From Antedon mediterranea (lineage: Eukaryota; Animalia; Echinodermata), in the NCBI RefSeq assembly GCF_964355755.1, contig NC_092680.1, positions 10,726,001 through 10,790,000 of the forward strand: a stretch of DNA of 64,000 nucleotides, in the 5' to 3' direction. This document shows positions 1 through 13,477 of this stretch, piece after piece. The notes under the pieces were generated by a model that saw only the letters and a list, made by a program, of their open reading frames with translations, did no database searches and was not told the DNA's origin. The translations under genes and the position numbers were made by a program. The stretch's first letter is position 1; each line of letters starts with the position of its first letter.

Positions 1-3000
1 TGATGTTAGCACAATATATGTGCATAACTGGCAATATTATAGCATAATTTTTGAATTTCAAAAAGTGGAAATTTTGGCAATTTTTCGAAAAAAATTCCTA
101 TGGTCCCGCGCAGCGAAATTTTCGAAAAATTGCCAAATTTCAAACCTTTTATTTTTTGACATAATTAGTTACTATGGCTCTATAAGATGATGTTAGCACA
201 ATATATTTGCATAAATGGCAATATTATAGCATACTTTTTTAATTTTAAAAAGTAGAGATTTTGGCAATTTTTCGAAAAAATTCCTATGGCAGGGAAATTT
301 TCGCAAAAATGGCAAAATTTCAAACCTTTTATTTTTTGACATAACTAGTTACTCTGGCTGTATAAGATGATGTTAGCACAATATATTTGCAAAAATGGCA
401 ATATTATAGCATAATTTTCGAATTTAAAAATGTGTAAATTTTCGCCATTTTTCGAATAAAATTCTTATGGTCCCCCGAAGGGAAATTTTCGAAAAATTAC
501 CAAATTTAGACCCTTTTATTTTTTGACATAACTAGTTACATAAGATGATGTTAGCACAATATATTTGCATAAATGGCAATATTATATAGCATACTTTTTT
601 AATTTTAAACAATGGAAATTTTGACCATTTTTCGAAAAAAAATCCTATGGTCCCCCGCAGCAAAATTTACGAAAAATTTGCCAAATTTCGACCCTTTTAT
701 TTTTTGACATAACTAGTTACGATGGCTCTATAAGATGATGCTAACACAATATATTTGCATAAATGCCAATATAATAGCATAATTATTGAATTTTTAAAAG
801 TGGAAATTTTGGCCATTTTTCAAAAAAATTCCTATGAAATTTTCGCAAAAATGGCCAAATTTCAAACCTTTTATTTTTTGACATAACTAGTTACTATGGC
901 TCTATAAGATGATGTTAGCACAATATATTTGCATAAATGGCAATATTATATAGCATACTTTTTTAATTTTAAAAAGTAGAAATTTTGGCCATTTTTCGAA
1001 AAAATTTCTATGGTCCCCCGCAGCGAAATTTTCGCAAAAATGGCAAAAAATGTCAAACCTTTTATTTTTAACATAACTAGTTACTATGGCTCTATAATAT
1101 GATGTTAGCACAATATATGTGCATAAATGGCAATATTATAGCATAATTTTTGAATTTCAAAAAGTGGAAATTTTGGCAATTTTTCGAAAAAATTCCTATG
1201 GTCCCGCGCAGCGAAATTTTCGAAAAATTGCCAAATTTCGACCCTTTTATTTTTTGACATAACTAGTTACGATGGCTCTATGAGATGATTCTAACACAAT
1301 ATATTTGCATAAATGCCAATATAATAGCATAATTATTGAATTTTAAAAAGTGGAAATTTTTGCCATTTTTCGAAAAAATTCCTATGGTCCCCCGCAGGGA
1401 AATTTTCGAATAAATGGCCAAATTTCAAACCTTTTATTTTTTGACATAACTAGTTACTATGGCTCTATAAGATGATGTTAACACAATATATTTGCATAAA
1501 TGGCAATATTATAATTATAGCATACTTTTTTAATTTTAAAAAGTAGAAATTTTGGCCATTTTTCGAAAAAATTCCTATGGTCCCCCGCAGGGAAATTTTC
1601 GAATAAATGGCCAAATTTCAAACCTTTTATTTTTTGACATAACTAGTTACTATGGCTCTATAAGATGATGTTAACACAATATATTTGCATAAATGGCAAT
1701 ATTATAATTATAGCATACTTTTTTAATTTTAAAAAGTAGAAATTTTGGCCATTTTTCGAAAAAATTCCTATGGTCCCCCGCAGCGAAATTTTCGCAAAAA
1801 TGGCAAAATTTCAAACCTTTTATTTTTGACATAACTAGTTACTATGGCTCTATAAGATGATGTTAGCACAATATATGTGCATAAATGGCAATATTATAGC
1901 ATAATTTTTGAATTTCAAAAAGTGGAAATTTTGGCAATTTTACGAAAAAATTCCTATGGTCCCCCGCAACGGAATTTTCCAAAAATTGCCAAATTTCGAC
2001 CCTTTTATTTTTTGACATAACTAGTTACGATGGCTCTATAAGATGATTCTAACACAATATGTTTGCATAAATGCCAATATAATAGCATAATTATTGATTT
2101 TTAAAAAGTGGAAATTTTTGTCATTTTTCGAAAAGAATTCCTAACGCGGGAAATTTTCGCAAAAATGGCCAAATTTCAAACCTTTTATTTTTTGACATAA
2201 TTAGTTACTATGGCTCTATAAGATGATGTTAGCACAATATATTTGCATAAATGGCAATATTATAGCATACTTTTTTAATTTTAAAAAGTAGAGATTTTGG
2301 CAATTTTTCGAAAAAATTCCTATGGCAGGGAAATTTTCGCAAAAATGGCAAAATTTCAAACCTTTTATTTTTTGACATAACTAGTTACTCTGGCTGTATA
2401 AGATGATGTTAGCACAATATATTTGCAAAAATGGCAATATTATAGCATAATTTTCGAATTTAAAAATGTGTAAATTTTCGCCATTTTTCGAATAAAATTC
2501 TTATGGTCCCCCGAAGGGAAATTTTCGAAAAATTACCAAATTTAGACCCTTTTATTTTTTGACATAACTAGTTACATAAGATGATGTTAGCACAATATAT
2601 TTGCATAAATGGCAATATTATATAGCATACTTTTTTAATTTTAAACAATGGAAATTTTGACCATTTTTCGAAAAAAAATCCTATGGTCCCCCGCAGCAAA
2701 ATTTACGAAAAATTTGCCAAATTTCGACCCTTTTATTTTTTGACATAACTAGTTACGATGGCTCTATAAGATGATGCTAACACAATATATTTGCATAAAT
2801 GCCAATATAATAGCATAATTATTGAATTTTTAAAAGTGGAAATTTTGGCCATTTTTCAAAAAAATTCCTATGAAATTTTCGCAAAAATGGCCAAATTTCA
2901 AACCTTTTATTTTTTGACATAACTAGTTACTATTGCTCTATAAGATGATGTTAGCACAATATATTTGCATAAATGGCAATATTATATAGCATACTTTTTT

Positions 3001-3537
3001 AATTTTAAAAAGTAGAAATTTTGGCCATTTTTCGAAAAAATTCCTATGGTCCCCCGCAGCGAAATTTTCGCAAAAATGGCAAAAAATGTCAAACCTTTTA
3101 TTTTTAACATAACTAGTTACTATGGCTCTATAATATGATGTTAGCACAATATATGTGCATAAATGGCAATATTATAGCATAATTTTTGAATTTCAAAAAG
3201 TGGAAATTTTGGCAATTTTTCGAAAAAATTCCTATGGTCCCGCGCAGCGAAATTTTCGAAAAATTGCCAAATTTCGACCCTTTTATTTTTTGACATAACT
3301 AGTTACGATGGCTCTATGAGATGATTCTAACACAATATATTTGCATAAATGCCAATATAATAGCATAATTATTGAATTTTAAAAAGTGGAAATTTTTGCC
3401 ATTTTTCGAAAAAATTCCTATGGTCCCCCGCAGGGAAATTTTCGAATAAATGGCCAAATTTCAAACCTTTTATTTTTTGACATAACTAGTTATTCTGGCT
3501 CTATAAGTTGATTCTAACACAATATATTTGCCTAAAT
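1..3537 (+). repeat. Satellite A array (~185-bp unit), forward orientation
   Basis: Tandem recurrence of 'tataagatgatgttagcacaatatatttgcataaatggcaat...gacataactagttac'; variant units recur at a 2036-bp offset (identical ORFs at 902 and 2938). Confidence 0.95.
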
Positions 3538-5303
3538 AAAGTTTCTTCGAAATGCACAAATTGGTCTAAAACGTTTCCAAATGCGATTTGAAGCTATTCT
3601 AAGCACTTTTGGGTTTTTATGTTATCAAGTTTATTAAAAAATGCACAAAATGGTCTAAAACGTCTCCAAATGCGATTTGAAGCTATTCTAAGCACGTTGG
3701 TGTTTTTATGTTAACAAGTTTTTCCCATTTTGTGATTTTTGAAAAAAACTTGTTAACATAAAAACACCAAAGTGCTAAGAATAGCTTCAAATCGCATTTG
3801 GAGACGTTTTAGATCATTTTGTGCATTTCAATGAAACTTGGTTACACAAAACATCAAAGTGCTTAAAATCACATTAGAAACCGTTTTAGACCATTTTGAG
3901 CATTTCAATAAAACTTTTCACACAAAAACATCAAAGAGCACAAAATAGCTTAATATCGTATTTAAAAACGTTTAAGACCATTTTGTGATTTTCGAAAAAA
4001 TCTGTTAACACAAAACATCAAAGTGTACAAAAAAGCTTCAAATCGCATTTGGAGACGTTTTAGACCATTTTGTGATTTTCGAAAAAACCTGTTAACACAA
4101 AAACACAAAAGTGCTTAGAATAGCTTCAAATCGCATTGGGAGACGTTTTAGATCATTTTGTGCATTTCGATGAAACTTGGTTACACAAAAACATCTAAGT
4201 GCTTAAAATCAAATTAGAAACCGTTTTAGACCATTTTGAGCATTTCGATAAAACTTTTCACACAAAAACATCAAAGAGCACAAAATAGCTTAATATCGTA
4301 TTTAAAAACGTTATAGACCATTTTGAGCATTTCGACAAAACTTTTGCACACAAAACATCAAAGTGTATAGAATAGCTTCAAACCGCATTTAGAGACGTTT
4401 TAGACCATTTTGTGATTTTCGATGAAACTTGGTTACACAAAATCATCAAAGTGCTTAAAATCACAATAGAAACCGTTTTAGACCATTTTGAGCATTTTGG
4501 TAAAACTTTTTCACACAAAACTTCATAGTGTACAGAATAGCTTCAAATCGCATTAGAAACCATTTTAGACCATTTTGAGCATTTCGACAAAACTTTTTCA
4601 CACAAAAAATCAAAGTGTACAGAATAGCTTCAAATCGCATTTGGAGACGTTTTAGACCATTTTGTAATTTTCGAAAAAACATGTTAACATAAAAACACCA
4701 AAGTGTTAAGAATAGCTTCAAATCGCCTTTGGAAACGTTTTAGACCATTTTGTGCATTTCGATGAAACTTGGTTACACAAAAACATAAAATCACATTAGA
4801 AACCGTTTTAGACCATTTTGAGCATTTCAATACAACTTTTCACACAAAAACACCAAAGTGCTAAAGTAGCTTCAAATCGTATTTAAAAACGTTTTAGACC
4901 ATTTTGAGCATTTCGACAAAACTTTTTCACACAAAACATTAAAGTGTACAGAATAGCTTCAAATCGCATTTGGAGGCGTTTTAGACCATTTTGTGATTTT
5001 CCAAAAAACTTGTTAACATAAAAACACCAATGTGCTAAGAGTAGCTTCAAATTGTATTTAAAAACGTTTTAGTCCATTTTGAGCATTTCGACAAAACTTT
5101 TTCACATAAAACATGAAAGTGTACAAAATAGCTTCAAATCGCATTTGGAGACGTTTAGACCATTTTGTGATTTTCCAAAAAAACTTGTTAACATAAAAAC
5201 ACCAACGTGCTAAGAGTAGCTTCAAATTGTATTTAAAAACGTTTTAGACCATTTTGAGCATTTCGACAAAACTTTTTCACACAAAACACCAAAGTGCTAA
5301 GAA
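3538..5303. repeat. Satellite B array (~80-88-bp unit); first ~2 units inverted
   Basis: Repeating 'aatagcttcaaatcgcatttggagacgttttagaccattttg'; 3540-3723 carries the reverse complement ('tggtctaaaacgtctccaaatgcgatttgaagctatt'). Confidence 0.95.
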
Positions 5304-7577
5304 TAGTGCTATAATATTGCCATTTATACACATATATTTTTCTAACATCATCTTATAGAGGCATAGTAACTAGTTATGTCAAAAAATAAAGGGTTGAAAT
5401 TTGGCCATTTTTAGAAAATTTTCCTGCGGGGGACCATAGGAATTTTTTCCAAAAATGTCAAAAATTCCCACTTTTTAAAATTCAATAATTATGCTATAAT
5501 ATTTCCATTTATGCAAATATATTGTGCTAACATCATCTTATAGAGCCATAGTAACTAGTTATGTCAAAAAATAAAAGGGACAAAATTTGGAAATTTTTCG
5601 AAAATTTTCCTGTGTGAGACCATAGGAATTTTTTCGAAAAATGGCAAAAATTTCCACTTTTAAAATTCGAAAAGTATGCTATAATGTTGCCATTTATACA
5701 GATATATTTTGCTAACATCATCTTATAGAGCCATCGTAACTAGTTATGTCAAAATATAAAAGGGTCAAAATTTAACAATTTCGCTGCGGGGGACCATAGG
5801 AATTTTTTCGAAAAATGGCCAAAATTTCCACTTTTTTAAATTCAATAATTATGCTATAATATTGCCATTTATGCACATATATTGTGCTAACATCATCTTA
5901 TAGAGATATAGCAACTAGTTATGTCAAAAAAATAAAAGGAACAAAAAATAGAAACATTTTCCACTTTTTAAAATTAAATAATTATGCTATAATATTGCCA
6001 TTTATACAGATATATTTTGCTAACATCAACTTATAGAGCCATAGTAACTAGTTATTTAAAAAAATAAAAGGTTTGAAATTTCGCCATTTTTACGACAATT
6101 TCCCTGCGGGGGACCATACTATTATTTTCGAAAAATGGCAAAAATTTCCAATTTTTTATATTCTATAATTAGGCTATAGTATTGCCATTTATGTACATAC
6201 ATTGTGCTAAAATCATCTTATAGAGCAACAACAACTACTTATGTCAAAATATAAAAGGGTCGAAAACGACCAAAATTTCCAACTTTTAAAATTCAATAAT
6301 TAGAATATAGTATTGCCATTTATGCACATATATTGTGTTAACATCATCTTATAGAGCCATAGTAACTAGTTATGTCAAAAAATAGGTTTAAAATTTGGCC
6401 ATTTTTGCGAAAATTTCCCTGCGGGGGACCATAGGAATTCTTTTCGAGAAATGACCAAAATTTCCACTTTTTAAAATTCAATAATTATGCTATTATATTG
6501 GCATTTATGCAAATATATTGTGTTAGAATGATCTTATAGAGCCATCGTAACTAGTTAGGTCGAAATTTGGCAATTTTTCGAAAATTTCGCTGCGGGGGAC
6601 CATAGGAATTTTTTTCGAAAAATTGCTAAAATTGCCACTTTTTGAAATTCAAAAATTATGCTATAATATTGCCATTTATGCACATATATTGTGCTAACAT
6701 CATCTTATAGAGCCATAGTAACTAGTTATTTAAACAAAATAAAAGGGTCTAAATTTGGCCATTTTTCGAAAATTTCCCTTCGGTGGACCATAAGATTTTT
6801 ATTCGAAAAATGGCTAAAATTTACACTTTTTTAAATTCGAAAATTATGCTATAATATTGCCATTAATGCAAATATATTGTGCTAACATCATCTTATACAG
6901 CCAGAGTAACTAGTTATGTCAAAAAATAAAAGGTTTGAAATTTTACCATTTTTGCGAAAATTTCCCTGTGGGGGACCATAGGAATTTTTTTCGAAAAATG
7001 GCTAAAATTTATACTTTTTAAAATTAAAAAAGTATGCTATATAATATTGCAATTTATGCAAATATATTGTGCTAACATCATCTTAAAGAGCCATAGTAAC
7101 TAGTTATGTCAAAAAATATAAGGGTCGAAATTTGCTAGGAACCACAGGATTTTTATTTTCGAAAAATGGCAAAAATTTCCACTTTTTAAAATTCGAAAAT
7201 TATGCTATAATATTGCCATTTATGCAAATATATTGTGCTAACATTATTTTATAGAGCCATAGTAACTAGTTATGTAAAAAAATAAAAGGTTTGAAATTTG
7301 GCCATTTTTGCGAAAATTTCCCTGCGGGGGACCATAGGATTTTTTTTTCGAAAAGTTGCAAAAATTTCTACTTTTTAAAATTAAAAAAGTATGCTATATA
7401 ATATTACCATTTATGCAAATATATTGTGCTAACATCATCTTATAGAGCCATAGTAACTAGTTATGTCAAAAAATAAAAGGTGTGAAATTTGGCCATTTTT
7501 GTGAAAATTTCATAGGAATTTTTTTGAAAAATGGCCAAAATTTCCAATTTTTAAAATTCAATAATTATGCTATTATG
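5304..7577 (-). repeat. Satellite A array, reverse orientation
   Basis: Repeating 'gctaacatcatcttatagagccatagtaactagttatgtc', the reverse complement of SatA. Confidence 0.95.
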
Positions 7578-7583
7578 TTATTA

Positions 7584-9805
7584 TGCATAGCATTATTTTT
7601 CATTGATTGATCATCCATTCATATAAATAGACTATTATCAGCTCTTCAGTCATCTACTGGTTTGTGGCGTAACGGGTAATGCTCAGGTTTGAGTGCTCTC
7701 AGCAGTGGGTTCGAACCTATATGGGTATTTTTTTTCTTTTTTTTTTAATTGAAAATAAATATTGTTTTTGAAAGTGAGATATTTTTATGGTTGTAAATGT
7801 CATGCCTAACAGAGTGGACCTTTTTTAAAATCAGAAACAAAGTTGCATAACATCATTTTACATTGATTGATCATTCATTTCATATAAATAGACTATTATG
7901 ATCTCTTCAGGCATTACTGGTTTGTGGCGTAACGGGTAATACTCAGGTCTGAGTGCTCTCAGTAGTTGGTTCGAACCTCTAGGGATATTTCTTTTTCTTT
8001 TTTTTAAATTGAAAATAAATATTTTTTTTTTAAATGAGATATTTTGAGGGTTATAAATGTCAGGCCTAAAGAAGTGGACCTTTTTTAAAATTAGAAACAA
8101 AGTTGCATGGCATTATTTTTCATTGATTGTTCATTAAATTCATATTATCAGCACTTCAGTAATCTACTGGTTTGTGGCGTAACGGGTAATACCCAGGTTT
8201 GATTGCTCTCAGTAGCGGGTTCCAACCTATAGTGATATTGCTTTTTTTCTTATTGAAAATAAATATTTTTTTTTTAAATGAGACATTTTGAGGGTTGTAA
8301 ATGTCAGGCCTAAAGAAATGGATCTTTTTTTAAATCAGAAACAAAGTTGCATGGCATTATTTTTCATTGATTGATCATTCATTTCATATAAATAGACTAT
8401 TATGAGCTCTTCAGTCATCTACTGGTTTGTGGCGTAACGGGTAATGCTCAGGTTTGAGTGCTCTCAGCAGTGGGTTCGAACCTATACAGGTATTTTTTTC
8501 TTTTTTTTTTCATTGAAAATAAATATTGTTTTTGAAAGTGAGATATTGTTATGGTTGTAAATGTCAGGCCTAAACAAGTGGACCTTTTTTAAAATCAGAA
8601 ACAAAGTTGCATAACATTATTTTACATTGATTGATCATTCATTTCATATAAATAGACTATTATCAGCTCTTCAGTCATCTACTGGTTTGTGGCGTAACGG
8701 GTAATGCTCAGGTTTGAGTGCTCTCAACAGTGGGTTTGAACCTATACGGGTATTTTTTTTCTTTTTTTTTAATTGAAAATAAATAATGTTTTTGAAAGTG
8801 GGATATTTTTATGATTGTAAATGTCATGCCTAACCAAGTGGACCTTTTTTAAAATCAGAAACAAAGTTGAATAACATCATTTTACATTGATTGATCATTC
8901 ATTTCATATAAATAGACTATTATGATCTCTTCAGGCATCTACTGGTTTGTGGCGTAACGGGTAATACTCAGGTTTGAGTGCTCTCAACAGTGGGTTCGAA
9001 CCTATACGGGTATTTTTTTTCTTTTTTTTTAATTGAAAATAAATAATGTTTTTGAAAGTGGGATATTTTTATGATTGTAAATGTCATGCCTAACCAAGTG
9101 GACCTTTTTTAAAATCAGAAACAAAGTTGAATAACATCATTTTACATTGATTGATCATTCATTTCATATAAATAGACTATTATGATCTCTTCAGGCATCT
9201 CCTGGTTTGTGGCGTAACGGGTAATACTCAGGTCTGAGTGCTCTCAGTAGTGGGTTCGAACCTCTAGGGATATTTCTTTTTTCTTTTTTTTTTAATTGAA
9301 AATAAATATTTTTTTTAAACCATTTTTATGGTTGTAAATGTCAGGCCTAAAGAAGTTGAATTTTTTAAAAATCAGAAACAAAGTTGCATGGCATTATTTT
9401 TCATTGATTGATCATTAAATTCATATTATCAGCACTTCAGTAATCTACTGGTTTGTGGCGTAACGGGTAATACCTAGGTTTTATTGCTCTTAGTAGCGGG
9501 TTCCAACCTCTAGGGATATTGCTTTTTTTTTCTTATTGAAAATAAATATTTTTTTTGAAAATGAGATATTTTGGGGGTTGTAAATGTCAGGCCTAAAGAA
9601 ATGGATCTTTTTTAAAATCAGAAACAAAGTTGCATGGCATTATTTTTCATTGATTGATCATTCATTTCATATAAATAGAGTATTATCAGCTCTTCAGTCA
9701 TCTACTGGTTTGTGGCGTAACGGGTAATGCTCAAGTTTGTGTGCTCTCAGCATTGGGTTCGAACCTCTACGGATATTTTTATTTTTTTATAATTATTTTT
9801 TTTTA
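7584..9805 (+). repeat. Satellite C array (~250-260-bp unit, 9 copies) with tRNA-like Pol III A and B boxes
   Basis: Each unit has 'ggtttgTGGCGTAACGGgtaa...gtgGGTTCGAACCt' followed by a T-run; cores at about 7656, 7916, 8166, 8421, 8681, 8941, 9201, 9447, 9704. Confidence 0.9.
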
Positions 9806-10210
9806 CATTACAAGTAGAGTCACCAGTCAAAATTGCTAAATTATAGCAGGTATCCTGCTATACTTTATTTGCACAAGTAATTAGCAATGTTTACATAATA
9901 GATTAATCAACTGATAACATGTGTACTACAAGTTTTTACAACATATCCTAACTTTTTTCAGAAACATATTTTATCACTTTAAACGAGATAAATGTGTTCA
10001 GAAGTATTTAAAACATACATATTTATCTTTGATTTGTAAAAATCTGTCAAATATAACGTATTTTGAAAGTTAGAGATGTATTTAATTTCCTTGGAGCCAA
10101 GACCTTAGAAAACAAACGCTGTTCAATCTGTTGTCTTTCCCCCACCTACCAGTACAATGCCATGCCATGCTTTGTATAGAAAATCGTTCAGGCGGAACGA
10201 TCGACTTCCG

Positions 10211-10425
10211 GTAAAGTTCAGCAGGCTAACTCTCTCGTGACTCTGGAGAGTTTGCGGACGCAAAGCTCCATTTCCTATTCTCCCAATGTAAAGTTTAGCA
10301 GGCTAACTCTCTCGTGACTCTGGAGAGTTTGCGGACGCAAAGCTCCATTTCCTATCCTCCCAATGTAAAGTTTAGCAGGCTAACTCTCTCTCGTGACTCT
10401 AGAGAGTTTTCCGACGCAAAGCTCC
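10211..10425 (+). repeat. Three tandem ~77-bp repeats with internal hairpin
   Basis: 'gtaaagtt(c/t)agcaggctAACTCTCtcgtgactctgGAGAGTTtgcggacgcaaagctcc' x3. Confidence 0.85.
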
Positions 10426-12408
10426 GTACTTCCCCGATTGTTGATGCGTTAGGATGTGATGATGACGCGTCACGTCAACGACGACTGATGAAAGAAACAT
10501 TTTAAAGCAGGGGTTCCAGTCGAGTGATCATGCATGTTTTCATGCATGCTGGCAACTAAATTCTACAAAAATACAGTGTTATGGTGGAGATGGGGATCAA
10601 AGTTCAATGATTTTCGGAATAAACAAAACAATCCTTCAAATGACAACAGGCCTAAAGAAAAATAACGTCAACCGCTTGAACAAAGAAAAAGGTACGTATT
10701 ATTAATATTATTGATTTATAACGATGTGTGCACTCTACTAGGCTAGGCCTAGCTAGTAAGTAGGCTAGTAGTAGTAGTAGGCCTGGTTTAGGCCTAGCTA
10801 GTACCGCCTAGACTAGAGCCTAGCTAGGCCTAGCTATAGACTGGCCTCTAGACTCTAGCGGCCTCTACTAACTAGCCTAGTCTAGTCACTGGTCTGTGCT
10901 CGTGTCTATGGCACACAAGGTACCGAGATCGAGTCTCACCTTGGGAAACGAAATAAGATTTTTTTTATTATCCGTATTGTTTGTTCAATTTATTTTTTAG
11001 TGTATAGATTATAATATACACATAATTTATAATGAAATCTATATAAAATGTAAGTAATGTCTTCATTACTTATGTAACAATGTGGTTTATGACATCCTGG
11101 GATCTTTGATCGGATTGTGATACCGGCTATTGTATTCCCGTTAGCAAGATCCTATAATATATCAAAATAATTAAAGATTATGAGAAAATCAATCAATCAA
11201 TATATCTTTTAAAAATTATCTTTATTTAAATCAATGCATAAACCTATAATTTGTCATAATGATTTTGATTTGTCATTTCAATGTGCTTTTCTAACCATTG
11301 GGCTTTTTGCATATAAAAGTTTATATTTCCCACTTGATTCTGTTAATGATCAATTATTACATTTTTTCCCATGCTTAAATTTGCTGGTACCAAATAGGTT
11401 AATTGGTTTAGAAATAAAGAATTCCATTTCTTTTATAATATAGTTTATTTGTAATACAAAAGAATTAGAATTCATTGTCTTACAGTACAATCAGCTAAAA
11501 TGTGCAGGTACCAAATGTTAATTTGTTTAGAAATAACGAATTCCATTTTTTTTGTAAATACAAAAGAATTATAATTCATTGTCTTACTCTTACACTGTAC
11601 AGTACAATCAGCTAAACTTTATTAGAATATAGAGACATTCCACAGTAAATTGCAATCCTATTGCAACATAAGTTGACACATCATAAATTGTTTTACACCA
11701 AATTGGAAATTTTCAGATTTTTGAATTGTATAAAAGTTGTTTTATATTATTGAAAATGCAAATTTTATGTCACAGAATTATATCAATTACCTATATTTTT
11801 TTTTAATAAACAAATCCTACAATTTTTTAGTTAGATACTGTATGTTTATAGATGTTCACTTTTTTATGATTTGCATGATCCATTTTGACATAAACCATAT
11901 AGGCATGGTAATAGGATACATTCCGGCATACAGTTCTGTGAGGAAAATCAATTCAAATGGTTTGGAAATCTTTAAAAATGTTAGTGTTATTATTTTAGTA
12001 TGGTGCTGTCTTTGATACTATAGCAAAATATATTTTATTGAAATAGTTACAGCATAGAGCCTTCTGAACCATTTTCAGTTCCTTTTAAAGTCCCACCCAT
12101 GCCCTACGTTTTTTAGATCTAATTTAAGGGCAAAAACGACATTTAATGTAAAAACAAATACTATTTATGGTCCTATTGCGATAACTATTTTTGTCTTTAC
12201 GGTTAAAAATGTGAAAAATAACTTGATTCTAATAATATTAGCGGCCTGCTATAATAAGAAAACAAAATCAAAGTAATTATTTAAATGTATAGTAATAATA
12301 AAAATATTTGGTGCATTTGTTAAATTTAATATTAAAACAAAAAGTTACCAGTTTTAAAGTGTCTTGGCTGCAATCAGCAAAAAAAAATGTTATAATGTTT
12401 GAATATTT

Positions 12409-12692
12409 GGAGTGAGTGGCCGAGACAGTGGACCGTAATTACGTAGCCATAACATCGGCAGGGTTCGAGGCGCACTCACTCCATGTTCCTGGTGGTAGAA
12501 CGAGTCTTCTCGGATAAGGACTATAAACCGTAGGTCCAGTGTACACATCTAGCTCGTGTGCACTTTAAAGAACCTAGTACATCTTTCGAGACAAGTAGGG
12601 GGTATTAGTACATCACAGCCACTGATCATCAACTGGGCCGTCTTTGACTGAAGAGGTTACCCAGTATAAATTTAAATTTCAATCAATCAATC
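12409..12692 (+). mobile_element. tRNA-derived SINE with (CAAT)n tail
   Basis: GGAGTGA...TCACTCCA acceptor-like stem, A-box-like TGGCCGAG, B-box GGTTCGAGGC, body 'aggactataaaccgtaggtcc...gcactttaaagaacc', tail tcaatcaatcaatc, AATATT on both sides; empty paralogous site at ~13190-13210. Confidence 0.8.
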
Positions 12693-13477
12693 AATATTAA
12701 ATATTTATGTACTGCTGTTTTTCTTGGTTGAATCAATGTAGGAAATGAATTAAGTTACTAGTAGTACTAGTATTTTAATTATTTTTTGTTGTATGTTTTT
12801 TGTTTGTTACATTACAACAAGGAATGACCTGGTTTAATGTTTTTAAAGTAATATATGCATTATAAAACGTGAAAAATTGTAGGGAATGGGTCTTTAACTA
12901 AGTATGTAATTTATTTAATTTTCTTATTGGCACCAAACACAACAATTCTTTTGTAATGCACAAAAGAAATCTAATTCTTTTGTGTTTGATTAATTAGTGA
13001 TTGTTCTGAGTGGTTAATGTCTGATTACCAAATTTTAAAAAGTCATTAAACAATGCAATTTAAACAGCATTCTATCTCACTTGAAGACAAAATCAACAGT
13101 AATGATAAAAAGATTTGGTAATTTAAAATTAAAACAAAAGGTTACCAGTTTTAAAGTGTCTTGGCTGCAATCAGCAAGAAAAAATGTTATAATGTTTGAA
13201 TGTTAAATATTTATCATAATATGTACTGCAGTGCTGTTTTTCTTGGTTGAATCAATGTAGGAAATGAATTAAAGTTATAAGTACTTGATATTTTAATTAT
13301 TACAAGTTATATACAGTACTATAGTTAGTAATTATTATTATATACTGTAATAGCCAGTTGCAAACAGGTGTGAAATAAAATAATTGTTTGTGATTTTTTA
13401 TCTTTTATTATAGTGAATTAGAAGTTGTGAGGTTATGACTGAATTGCAGACATACTGAACAGGCCTGTGTTTCCAAA

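Noticed and set aside
3538-5303. CRISPR-like regular repeat spacing
   Set aside because: The intervening sequences are themselves repeats, there are no cas genes, and the context is eukaryotic.
902-5721. Repeated short ORFs in SatA/SatB (902, 2938, 4461, 5533 and later copies)
   Set aside because: Chance open frames in satellite monomers with no domain signal.
7584-9805. SatC units as functional tRNA genes
   Set aside because: No acceptor stem or canonical 7-nt anticodon loop.
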